From assembly GCF_030684315.1 (NCBI RefSeq), contig NC_081396.1, positions 9,105,628-9,169,627 on the forward strand: a stretch of DNA of 64,000 bases, written 5' to 3'. The notes below the pieces were generated by a model. It ran no database searches and was not told the origin of the DNA. It was given only the letters and a program-made list of their open reading frames with translations. The position numbers and the translations under genes are program-made. The DNA comes from Stegostoma tigrinum (lineage: Eukaryota). The first letter of the stretch is position 1; each line of letters opens with the position of its first letter. Below are positions 1 through 11,399 of the stretch, piece after piece.

Positions 1-1050
1 CTGCCAATGCCCCAGGTACCTCCTCCCTTGCCTCTCTGGGGAATGCATGATAGGTCCCTTCTAGTCCTGGGGACCTGTCTATATTAATGAAAGTTAGAAT
101 TCCCAAAACTTCCTTTTCAATATGTTGGCATTTTCGAGAGTATTCATACTCATCCCTGACCTCAACATTAGTCATGGACTTCTCCTTGATGTAAACCGAT
201 ACAAAGTACTCATTCAGGATCTCCCCCACTACCTGTGTTTCTAAGTTTTGACATCCCTCCTTCAACGTTGAGTAGGCTTACTATTTTCTTTGTTACACCC
301 TTTCTCCTAACTCATGCATAAAGAAACATTGTGATTCTCCATGACCCTGGTTTCTAAAGACATTTTATGGCCACTTTATTCTTTCCTAATTGTGCATTTA
401 AGTTCCCTCTGTACTCCTCCAGGACTTTGTCAGTTTGTTGCTGCCTGGACTTTATCGCAAGCTTCCATTTTTCTTTTGACTAACCTTAAAATTTCCCTTG
501 TAATTCATGGTTCCTGAATCCTGCCCTTCCTTATCCAAAGTTTTGCCGGGATGCTCATTTCCTGCACTTAAGTCAATTGGTCTTTAAAAGCCTCCCACAT
601 GCAAGAGGTAGATTGGCCTTCAAATAACTGCCTCCAATCCACATTCTCCAGTTCGTATCAAATTTGGGTGTAATTGGCTCTTGCCCAATTATGCAGCTTC
701 ACCCGAGGGCCACATGTGTCCTTTTCCATGACTTCTCTAAATCTTACGGAGTTATGGTCGCTAAGCTTGAAATGCTCCTGAAGTATCAATCACCTGTCCT
801 GACTCATTCCCGAGGACCCAGTCTAATATGACCACCTTTCTAGTTGGATTGTCAACATAGTGCCTCAAATAGGCCTCCTGGACGGAACTAACAAATTGGT
901 CTCAATCTGAGCCCCTGGTTCGAATGGATTCCCAGTCAATAAAGGGACAGTTGAAATAATTGACTGCTACTTGGCTCTTTTCACAAGTTTCCAGTATCTG
1001 GCTATACATCTGTTCGTCTGTCTCCCATGGGCCATTGGTCGGTCTGTGGA
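1..1050 (-). mobile_element. CR1 LINE ORF2 fragment (endonuclease end/linker), decayed
   Basis: The minus strand reads FHRPTN...YFNCPFIDW, an APE-endonuclease-like YRPP/GDFN region. It is colinear with the CR1 at ~49790-50850. Confidence 0.85.
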
Positions 1051-1129
1051 AAACAATGGGGCAAATTAGGTACAAGGAGGAAATAATTAGAAATGGTAGG
1101 CATAGCTCAGCAACTGGAGTGGACAGTGA

Positions 1130-1415
1130 ATCAGTGATTAGCAGTGCTGCCTCATGATGCCAGGATATCGGGCCTGACTCAACCCTTGGACGACTGTCTG
1201 TGTGGAGTCTGCACATTCTCTCCATGTCTGAGTGGGATTCGTCTGGGTACCCCAGTTTCCTCCCAAAGGTCAAAAGTGTGTAGGTGAGGCGGTTTAATCG
1301 TGTGGAATGCAGGGTCACAAGGAAAATGTCGTCGATCTTGATGGGATGTTCTTTGGAGATTCAGTGTGCACTTGATGGGCTGAATGGTCACTTCTGCATG
1401 AGTGAAATTCTATGA
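1130..1415 (+). mobile_element. tRNA-derived V-SINE (HE1-like)
   Basis: Contains the V-domain-like core tgtgtggagtctgcacattctctccatgtctgagtggg...cagtttcctccc and a CR1-like 3' tail. Confidence 0.8.
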
Positions 1416-2056
1416 ACTGAATGACCACTCTGACTCGGTGTTCAGGAATTAGAACATTTCTAATATATCTGTGAAGAAAGACCTTCTTAAGGCCAAGAAA
1501 TTGGAGAAGCCAAAAAAGGAATAATTAAATGATTGGTACTGTCCAAATAATTATCATCCAGCCATAACGGATACCTCTTGCGTTGATGAGTAGAAGCAAG
1601 TGTAGAAATATGAGATTGTAGGCACAATTTTTTCAATGTTCCTTCAATGCTGGTATCATGACAAACGAATGAATGGTTCACTGTGTTACACCTCTGAAAG
1701 TTAAAGGTAATAAACCAAGCAATCATACATCAGTCACCAAATGTCACTCTTGGTGGGTGGACGGGGCAACAGTAGAAATCATTATCTGTGATAGAAATAA
1801 TTTTCACTTGGAGATAGTAAATGACAGTCTGTATAGCTTTGTTAAAGACAAAACCTGGCAAACATGATTGAATTGATGATTAGGTGAATAATGAAGGTAG
1901 TCCTGTTGATGTTAAAAATGTAGATTTAATAAGATGTCCCATTCCATTCTGATATGTTAGCAAACTTAAATCCCATTGGATTAAATATCCCTGGCAGTCA
2001 CAATGTTGACACAAATTTGGCAACGAACACACAACAGGAAATGATGGTGAATTAAC

Positions 2057-2200
2057 AGAAATTGCTGAAAAAGCCAATCAAGTCTGTGGCAGGGTCACGG
2101 GGTGTGAAACGTTCACACTGATTTCTTTCCACAGGTGCTGCAAGATCTGCTAGCCTTTCCAGCAATTTCTGTTTTTAATTTCTGATTTACAGCATCCAAT
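2057..2200. mobile_element. Penelope-like-derived short palindromic element (degraded)
   Basis: Inverted ends gaaattgctg...cagcaatttc; same family as the copies at 10568, 31135, 33150, 53395 and 60885. Confidence 0.6.
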
Positions 2201-2340
2201 TTTTTTCCCAGTTTTTATTTAATGATGGTGAATGGATGTTTTACAGATTGAAAGAACAGAAATGGTAGTGCCCATTGATTCAAATCACTGCTCTCCCTCT
2301 TTCCCTCTCTTCTGTCCCCCGCTATATAGATATATACACA

Positions 2341-2474
2341 NNNNNNNNNNNNNNNNNNNNNNNNNNNNNNNNNNNNNNNNNNNNNNNNNNNNNNNNNNNN
2401 NNNNNNNNNNNNNNNNNNNNNNNNNNNNNNNNNNNNNNNNNNNNNNNNNNNNNNNNNNNNNNNNNNNNNNNNNN
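2341..2474. other. Assembly gap (134 N), probably a collapsed (CA)n/(TA)n microsatellite
   Basis: The N run is flanked by tatatacaca and acacatat. Confidence 0.9.
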
Positions 2475-2489
2475 ACACATATAATTTTC

Positions 2490-3430
2490 AATACGTCAAT
2501 AGTCTGTGTGAAATTTCGATGTTTGCTGATGACATACGAGTTGCAAGTATACCGAACAGTGAGAAACGGAATAACAAACTTCAGGAGCACATAGATTGCA
2601 GAAAATAGTAGATAGATGACAACTCTGAGAAGTGTGAAAATGCATTTTGGAATGAAGAATGTGAAAGGGCAATTTAAACCAAATTGTGCACTATGTTTGC
2701 CTTTAGAGCTATTACCATAACAAAATCTTGTTACGTTTGAGAAAATTGGATCATTTTTGACTGTTTTCATATGGGCCCTGTGCCCTGCTCAGAACAAAGA
2801 GACCTAAGGTTTCAAGTACAGAATTATTTGAAATTTGCAGGAAAGGTAGCCAGGCTGGTTATGAAGCCACTAAACAAGTTTGCCTTGAAAGCTCAGGCCT
2901 TTGAGTGTAGGAGTTAGGATGTCATGTTGAGGCTGTGCAAGACGTTGGTGGGATCCCTTCTGGAGTATTGTGTGCTGTTCTGGCCACCTTGTCAGAAGAA
3001 GGATATTATTGACCTGGAGAGGGCTCAGTAAAGATTTACCAGGATGTTGGGAAAAATGGTAGGTTGACTTTATAAAAATAGGCAAGATAGGCTGAGATGT
3101 CTTTTTTCACTGGAGGACAGGAGACTGAGAAGGATCTTATACAGATTTATAAAATTATGAGATGCGTAGTTAAGGTAAATAGCAAAAGTTTTTGGCCTAA
3201 AGTGGGGGAGTTCAAAACTGTGGGGCAGTTTTTTAATGTTAGAGGAGAAAGAAAGTACATGAGGACCAACTATATTTTTTAACTCAGCGAGTGTTTGGTG
3301 CATGGAATAACCTTCCAAAGAAAGTGGTGGGTGTGGGTACATTTACGATGTCGACATGGAATTCCAAGAAGGACATGAACAGGAACGGTTTGAAGCGATA
3401 TGGCCCAAACACAGGCAGGTGGCTATAATG
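2490..3430 (+). mobile_element. CR1 LINE 3' fragment, decayed
   Basis: FADD-like gtttgctgatgac, then LEYCV.FW.P and RFTRML-like segments in broken frames. Confidence 0.8.
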
Positions 3431-3544
3431 GCCTGCTTAATTCTCTGAATCTCTTTGTCAAAGGGGAAAAAAGATCCAGCAGACCTCAGACACATGCATG
3501 CACCACATCCATGCTTCTATTTGGTAGAAGTGATTTTGGTTAAA

Positions 3545-4620
3545 GAACAAAGCACATAGAAAATTAAAGCAAAGGAACAGGGCCTTCGACCCTCCAAGAC
3601 TGCACCGATTTAGATCTTCTATCTAAACCTATCACCTATTTTCCAAGGATTTGTATCCCTCTGCTCCCTGCCCATTCATATATCTGTCCAGATTCATCTT
3701 AAATGACACTATCGTGGCCGCCTCTACCACCCCCATTGGCAACGAGTTCCAGGCACCCAGCACCTTCTGCATAAAGAACTTTCCACGCATACCTCGCTTA
3801 AACTTACCCCCTCTCGTCTTTAAATCGTGACTTGCATTAATTGAGTTCCCCAGTCTAGGAAAATGCTTCTTTCTATCCACCCTGTCTCTCCCTCTCATGA
3901 TTTTGTAGACATCAATCAGGTCCCCCCTCAACCTTCGTATTTCTAATGTAAATATTCCTGATCTACTTAAACTCTCTTCGTAGTTAGCGCCCTCCATACC
4001 AGGCAACATCCTGGTGAACCTCCTCTGCACCCTCTCCAAAGCATCCACATCCTTTTGGTAATGTGGCAACCAGAACTGTATGAAGTATTCCAAATGTTTT
4101 CAAACCAAAGTCCTATACATCTGTGTCATGACCTGCCAACTGTTGCCCTCAATACCCCGTCCAATGAATGAAAGCATGCAGTATGCCTTCCTGACCACTC
4201 TATCGACCTGCGTTGCCACCTTCAGTGTACAATGGACCTGAACACCCAGATCTCTCTGTGTATCAATTTTCCCCAGGACCTTTCCGTGTGTTGTATAGTT
4301 TGCTCTTGAATTGGATCTTCTAAAATGCATCACCTCGCATTTGCCTGGATCGAACTCCATCTGCCATTTCTCGGCCCAACTCTCCAATCTATCTATATTA
4401 TGCTGCATTCTCCAACAGACCCCTTCACTATCTGCAAATCCAACAATCTTATTGTATCTGCAAACTTGATAATCAGCCCCATCTATACCTTCCTCTAAAT
4501 CATTTATGGATATCACAAACAACTGTGGTCCACCACCGATCACTGTGGAACACCACTGGTCACACTTCTCCATTTGGAGAAACTCACTTCCACTATGACT
4601 CTCTGTCTCCTGTTGCAGTC
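3545..4620 (-). mobile_element. CR1 LINE 3' part (RT C-terminus + 3' UTR)
   Basis: ORFs 4100-4699 and 3632-4093 contain WAEKWQMEF..KCEVMHF, RDLGVQVH and ALERVQRRFTRMLPG. Confidence 0.92.
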
Positions 4621-5149
4621 TCCTATTAAGGCAGAGATTCTTCAATGTGCGTACCAGTTCAGGGAGGAGCAACAGAACGGTCATTCTGAGCCTCAGCACT
4701 GACAGGGATTTAAGTTTTGCAAATCTTTGTGGGAAAAAAAAGCTTTCTGCATTCTTTACTGAAGAATGAATTTAGAAAGCTAATAACATTCCCCGTGGAA
4801 GAAGCTCTTAGATTCCTCCATCACACTGTAATTCCCAGTAATGACCATCTCCATTCACTCGATGAAAAGGATCTGGTACCTGAGTAAGTTCTCATGTCTC
4901 TTGTTGCTAATTTAAAGATAAAGAGTGTTTTTCACCAGAGCTGCATGCTCCTTGTCTTCTTTGACTCCTTGTTTAGATTTTCCTGCTGCTCTCTGAGAAG
5001 AAGAAAAAAAAGATACAAAGTAATTTGATAGATTCTCTGTCATTTCATCAGTTGCAGTTACAACATCGTCGGAGTGTGTCTTTCAGAGCACATGCCAATG
5101 TTAGTGACCCTATGACAGACTGCGGCACAGGTTTTATTTGCGTTTGTAA

Positions 5150-7460
5150 ACATCTTCAATCTCTTTGACGACTGGATGAGCTGCTAATGGGTCTGGCTGC
5201 TTTAAAAAGGCAAACATTATGCAACTGAATGTGAACGTTAGATCTTTTTCGAACCATTGTTTAAAGCGAGCAACAAAACTTGAGAAAAGATATGCAGTTC
5301 ATGCTTTCTTTAGTGAACTTTGTGACACATGACATTTGCTGCTCACAGAGTCTCAAAAATGCATTCAGTTTATCATCTTCGTATTGGCTTTAGGGATCTG
5401 GTAGAAAGTTGATGTTGCCGGTGGAAATCCCCAATCAAGGAATGAAATGGCAGAGCAAGATCAAAGGTCCGAGAGGAATATTGCTGCACATTGCCACATG
5501 TCTATTGGCGCACGTTATACTGCGATGGCAATGCCCGAGGCATCCCATCAGTCATTAGATTTATTTTGTTAATTCACAGGATGTGGATGTCGCTGCCTTG
5601 GTCGGTATTTGTTGCCCATGTAAGAGTCAGTTCTGTGGGTTGGGAGTCACGTGTAGAACAGACTAGGTATAGATAGAAGTTTGCTTCTCTGAAAGACATC
5701 AGTGAACTGGATCTTCTCCCTCCAACAAATGTTTCATTGCCAGCTTAAGCTCTTTTTTTCTGGATTGGTTATTAAATTCAAATCCCAGTAACCACCATGG
5801 CAGGACATGAACCAGGAACCCCAAAGTGTTACCTCGGTCTCTGCAGATTGCAACACCACTTTAGAAAGCTTTCATCCGTCAGCTGGTGCAACGAGGTGTC
5901 CCATTTTAATGCAAAGGACTGCAAATCTAGTATGTAATTCACACGTTGGTACAAATCGCACTCGCGTTGCCATTTCAGTGAGTGTTTGCATCAAGATCTT
6001 GTGGTATGCTTGCCCAGCCTCTGAAAGAGCTGGAAGCTTCTTATCAATTTATTGCACGAGAGAATGTATACTTCAGGGAAAAATAGAACAGGGATTGAAA
6101 ACCATCACTTAAGTTTTATTGGAATGCGGATTCAATTGCAATGATGTAAAGGGACAAGAATTTCCTTCATCTCCTTTTTTTCCATCATTTGAATCCAACA
6201 CAAGATAAATTAGAACGACCAGAAATGAGACAGCAGGAGCACAGGTTTATCATGTAGAAATATTTATAAGGCTTTTTCCATAAACTAGAAGAGTGAGAAA
6301 TAGAATCCCTACAGTGTGGGAATCAGGCTGTTCAGCATTTCGAGCCCACACCAACCATCGAAGAGCATCCCATTCAGAACTACTGCCCGAGCCTATCCAG
6401 AAACCCTGCATTTCCCAATGCCAATCCTTCTAGGTTGTACATCAATTAGACCATGGGAGGAAGCTGGAGCACCCGAAGGAAACCAACGCGGACACAGGGA
6501 GAACATGCAAACTCCACGTCGACAGACTCCAGCATTTAGAATCAAACCTGGGTCCCTGGCGCTGTGAGCCAACAGATCTAACCACTGTGCACCTTATCAC
6601 AGAATTTATTCAACCCGCTGAGAAACCAGTGAGATCAGAGTAATTGCAGAAATTGGATTTTGCTGTCACATCTGGGACTGAACCGTATTCAATCTGACAA
6701 TTGAGATTAATTCGAATTGATAGCTGGGCGAGGGCTTAACATTTTGGCAATCGGTTTTCTGCATCTGAGAACCTGACTAGAAATGAAGTGTCTTTCTTCA
6801 GGTTGTCCTCATGTTTCTACGAGATTAAAGTAAACAATGGTTCACTTCTACTTTTTGTATTTTAATTACTGCCTCAATGATCTAAACGAGTCTAGTTATA
6901 TTGGGAACTGCAAACGTAGATTGGGCAATTGCTTTGCGGAACAATATAAAATTCAGTTTGTCAACTCACCCCTGAGCTTCTGGTCGTTTGTCATTTTAAT
7001 TTTCCGCCCCACTTTCCACACTGACCTTCGTCTCCTGCAATGCTCCAAGGAAACTGAATGGGAGATCAAGGAACAGCCTTCAATTCAGCACTTACCGAGC
7101 TTCCAGATTTAACATGGAGTTCAGCAGTTTCTACACTACAGCATAGTTGTCAGGACTTAGAACGCTTGCATCAAAAAGTCCCTGGAGCCTGATGCACTGT
7201 TTGCGTGTGCCTGCTCATTCTCATTTCCCACCCAATGGGAATAGTTCTTGCCTCACTCAAGCAATCTCAAAATTCTTGATCAAAACGACCACTTAATTAT
7301 TGAATTTCAGGAACTATCTCCCTCATAGTGATATATTTTAGCAGAAGAGATAGAGAGACAGTATATAATTAATGATGCAATTATAAAGAGTATGCAGGGA
7401 CCAAGGGATTTCTGTTTCATGTATATGTGTCTTTAAGGCTCATTGAATACATTCATCTTC
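5150..7460. repeat. Local duplicated block, copy A (paralogous to ~24950-26900 and ~28076-29340)
   Basis: Shared anchors include aattcacaggatgtgga, aagggacaagaatttcc, tttgaatccaa and gagtgagaaatagaatccct, followed by the same SINE. Confidence 0.85.
6300..6595 (-). mobile_element. V-SINE (HE1-like)
   Basis: Reverse V-domain gggaggaagctggagcacccgaaggaaaccaacgcggacacagggagaacatgcaaactccac. Confidence 0.85.
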
Positions 7461-7989
7461 AGCAGAGCAAGTTGGATCTCCAGCTTCATAAGCATTGGTA
7501 TTGAGAACAAAAGGGAGGAAAGTAATACTGGACATATATAAAGCTCTTGTTAGGCTTCAATTCGAGTTTTGTCTCCAGGATCCTGGGGTGCGTGCAGAAG
7601 AGATTTATCTGAATCGCCTCAGCAAAACAAGTCAAGAAGAGATTTGACTGAGCTACAAGATTAACAACAGGTTTAAATAAGGTAGAGAATGACAATGTAT
7701 TCACATTAGTTGCTTTAGCACAGATTAGGGGCACATCAAAGTTCCTGGGATAGAATAGTGTGGGGAAGATGTAATAAGAACATTTTCATGTAATTGATGG
7801 TGATGTTCTGTAGCTTGCTGCCTCTGATGGGTTCTGGAAAAGAACACAGTGATTGATTTGAAAACGAACTTGAGTCAGCATCTGAGAGAAAGGTCAAGCA
7901 GAACTCAGGTTGGAACTCGGGAATGGGTGTGTGGTTCTTACACTGTTGCTAATGGAACCTGACTGTAGTGTAATCTCCCGTTGTATTCT

Positions 7990-8155
7990 AAACATAGAAC
8001 AGAGAAGAAGATAGAACATTACAGCACAGTACAGGCCCTTCGGCCCTCGATGTTGTGCCGACCTGTCATACCAATTTGAAGCCCATCTAACCTACACTAT
8101 TCCATGTATGTCCATATGCTTGTCCAATGATGACTTAAATGTACCTAAAGTTGGA
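7990..8155 (-). mobile_element. CR1 3' terminal fragment
   Basis: tagaacattacagcacagtacaggcccttcggccctcgatgttgtgccgacctgtcatacc is the reverse complement of the 3' end at 14300-14378. Confidence 0.85.
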
Positions 8156-9212
8156 AACGTTGGAAACGTTAGAATTCAGTTGTCTCTCATAGCAAGGCTA
8201 TTGGATCATTAAAATGGCTGTGGCCTCGAGTTGAATACAGCTCTCTAAGCTTAATCTAACCACAGTTTGGTTGTCTCCGTGCATTTTCTGTTTCACTTAT
8301 AGCTCAAATCTTCTCCAAACAAAACAACAAACAAATGCAAACCCTTCCAAATTTAGATGTTCATGTTATTCAGGCCTTGATGTATCAAAAGCTTCTCACA
8401 AATGTTGATGTAATTTTAGATTCAAGTTTTCCACCTGTCATTGCTTCCAAATGCCACCCCGTACCCCTGCTAATAAGTTCACAAAATCCTTCATTGTCGT
8501 CCGAGGCAGATAGTCAGCAGAGACAAACATTTCTCTTGGCTTGAGTTTGCTGAGCATGCACGCTTTCCATCTCACCCTCGAAGAAACGAAGGTGATGTTT
8601 AATCTCTACTACACCTTACCCCACACGATGCGCATGTATCTTACAGATTGTTGCCCGCCGTGGAGATGGCAGCAATACCTTAGGCCCTCCAAAGTAAACA
8701 TAGTCACCAATTACAGGCTGTTAGTTTCGTGCTTGGAACCTATGGTTACGCTATACCATTATGAAGCTTCCCTGTCCACTCTGCAGACTTCCCATTCATT
8801 CATTTTCTCACTATCTCACTCATTAAACTTTTCATTGGACTCATCTGAGTACAGGTGACGACAAAGCTAATTCTCCTTCTAATTCATCAATAAGCTTGCA
8901 TGGTCAGGAGAGACAGTAACACAGCTGTGACAATACAGTTCAGCGAATTTGGAGGCAATGTGGGAATTTCAAGCAGGGAGTAAGAGGCACTTTCTGCTTG
9001 CTTCTTTTTAAGCTCACAGTTTGTAAAGTTTTGTTTTGACAGAATAAATTGAAACCCAGGATCAGGGTTGCAGCACAAAGGAGTGACATTAAAGCTGACT
9101 TCTGGCAAGGTGTGGTAAAGTAACCTGCTCCACCCAGAGCTCCTCTGCATCATCTGTTCTTTTTCATTCATTTTTCCCCTTCATTTTCAGCAGCCCTGGG
9201 ACAGCTGGAGAG

Positions 9213-9450
9213 GAAGTAGTGCCAGAGCAGTGCACGGAGAAGCAAATGCTGGAGCAATGCGAGAGGAAGCGAGTCCTGGAGCAGTGGGAGGGGAAGTGAG
9301 TCACGGTACAGCACAATGTGAATTGAGTCCCAGAGCAGAGTGAAGTGAACGAGTCCCAGTATAGTGTTAGGGGAAGCGAGTCCCAGTAGGGCGCAAGCAG
9401 AAGTGAATGCCGAATCAGCGCGAGGGGAATGAGTCCCTGTGCAGTGCAAC
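9213..9450. repeat. Degenerate ~27-bp tandem repeat, ~9 units
   Basis: Units such as gaagcgagtcctggagcagtgggaggg, gaagtgagtcacggtacagcacaatgt and gaagcgagtcccagtagggcgcaagca. Confidence 0.75.
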
Positions 9451-9544
9451 TTACCTCGATGCAGCTGTGTGCCAGTGGAGAGCGGACTGGGGACTTGGAG
9501 GAGAGGGGATAGTAATTGGACAGCTGATTTGCTGCTGTTGAGGG

Positions 9545-9740
9545 GAGGTGGTGGTCTCATGTTATTACTGCAGGGCTGCTAATCCAGAGAACCCAGAAAT
9601 TTTTCTGAGGACCTGGGCTTGAATCCCATCACGGCAGATGATGGAATTTAAATTCAATAAGCATCTGGAATTAAGAGTCTAATGATGACAGCGAATCTGT
9701 TCCTGATTGTTTGGAGGGAAAAAAGATCTGGCTCACTGAG
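9545..9740 (+). mobile_element. tRNA-derived SINE (non-V family)
   Basis: B-box-like gggcttgaatccc followed by gaatttaaattcaataa; reverse copies appear at ~5570-5860, 25020-25270 and 28400-28670. Confidence 0.6.
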
Positions 9741-10128
9741 AGTAGGAACTGCCGATTCTGGAGAATTTGAGATAACTAGGCATAGAGCTGGATGAACTCA
9801 GCAGGCCAAGCAGCATCAGAGGAGCAGGAAAGCTGATATTTTGTGTCTGGACCCTCCTTCAGGAATGGGGAGAGGAAGGGGATTTTGAAATAAATAGAGA
9901 GAAGGAGGGGGAGGCAGATGGAAGAGTGATAAAGGAGCAAATAGGTGTAGAGGAGACAGACAGGTCAAAGAGGCTGGGTTGAGTCAGTAAAGATGAGTGT
10001 AGGTGGGGATAAATCAGTCCAGGGAGGATGAACAGGTCAAGGAGGTGGGGCGAGGTTGTAGGTAGAACGTGGAGTTGGGGCTTGAGGTGGGAGGAGTGGA
10101 TAGGTGGGAGGAAGGACGGAGACAGGCT
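9741..10128 (-). mobile_element. Penelope-like element terminal fragment with purine-rich tract
   Basis: The reverse complement reads ctgaaggagggtccagacacaaaatatcagctttcctgctcctctgatgctgcttggcc, the same terminal motif as 29809-29903 and ~20870-20970. Confidence 0.65.
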
Positions 10129-10567
10129 AGTAAGTATTGTTGTTGCTTTCCTTTTTATTTATCTAATGTATACAATATTTGTACACAAGCATTTGTGCTT
10201 GAAATGGAGCTATTACAGACTATAATTGTAAACCTTTTTACTGTGCTCCTGTACTGGGCTACACGAGACAATAAAGGATATTTTATTCCATTCTGTTCTA
10301 AAACACAATTTCATTGGTTGGTGACAGCTACTAATTTGATCATATTGCATAAGTTACTTTCAATTTGAAGGTGAATTGGCGAAATATTTGCAGTGCAGTA
10401 CGAAATTTCTAAAACTCAAAGTAAGAACGAAGTAATTAAAAGAGAAATCCTAGGACAGGTGAAATGATGTAACTGCATGAGATGGGAACTGATGGACGCC
10501 ATTCTGGTTCATAGTGACCACAGCTGTAGCAAGTCCAAACCAAAGAAATGTGGTGCAGTAATTCAGA

Positions 10568-10730
10568 TACAAAAACAGAAAATGCTGGAAAAAACTCAGC
10601 AGGTCTGGCAGCTTCAGTGGAAAGAAATCAGAGTTAATATTTTGGGTCGAATGAATCTTCCTCAGAACTGATATCTTCGATTTCTCTCCACAGATGCTGG
10701 CGGATCTGCTGAGCTACTGCAGCAAAAGTT
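10568..10730. mobile_element. Penelope-derived palindromic element
   Basis: Inverted arms ctcagcaggtctggcagc...gctggcggatctgctgag. Confidence 0.7.
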
Positions 10731-10950
10731 GCTTGCTTGAGGTACTAAAGCTCAGAGTTGATGAGCTGGATTGTGAGCTCTGAACACTGCGACACATTAG
10801 GGAGGTGAAGTGTTACCTAGATGCTGTGTTTAGAGAGGTGGTCATACCACCTAGATTATCTTGAATTTGGTCAGAGACAGGAGGGTGTGAGTATGAACGA
10901 GGCAGATAGAGATTTCGGGGGGATATTGCTGAATGAAGCAAACCCATGTA
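10731..10950 (+). mobile_element. CR1 ORF1 remnant
   Basis: Translates as LLEVLKLRVDELDCEL*TLRHIREVKCYLDAVFREVVIPP, resembling the coiled-coil region of vertebrate CR1 ORF1. Confidence 0.65.
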
Positions 10951-11399
10951 TTTCTAGCTTAGTCTGTGGTTTCATATTCTTCTTGTGATGTGCTCCGCAT
11001 TTTCAACACTCTTTTGTTAACAAAAGTGGGTACTGACAACCTGAAGAAAGAATGCTGGAATATTCAGCCAGCTTCTGTCGAGGAAGAAGCATATTTTGCA
11101 TGACGTGGCATCACTGCTTCTCTACACAGAATTGTTTGTCATCCATAGAGATTAGCAGTCGGATTTTCCAGTGTGGATACAAAAAAAATGTTTACAAAGA
11201 GACTAGAACTCGGAAATGCTGTTGAAATAGAAAGCGTCTCCCATTTAGAATGAGACAAAAGAAAGAAAACAGATGCAGAGTCATTGAATATTCGAGGTTT
11301 TAAAAGTGCTCACCAAGTCGATGTGTTTGATTGCAGACATTTCATCACCCTGCCAGATAACATCAATATCAGGACGATGTGCCCTCACAGGGTGACAAA

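Noticed and set aside
2215-2770. ORFs spanning X runs
   Set aside because: Artefacts of the N gap.
4880-4992. Strong minus-strand acceptor and plausible donor defining a 113-nt exon
   Set aside because: Stops in all three frames and no transcript evidence; at most a non-coding exon, which cannot be supported from sequence alone.
9213-9450. CRISPR-like repeat/spacer appearance
   Set aside because: Vertebrate context; the units are degenerate 27-mers without constant repeats or unique spacers of CRISPR size.
9168-9560. 130-aa Leu-rich ORF
   Set aside because: It is a by-product of the stop-poor tandem repeat on the reverse strand.
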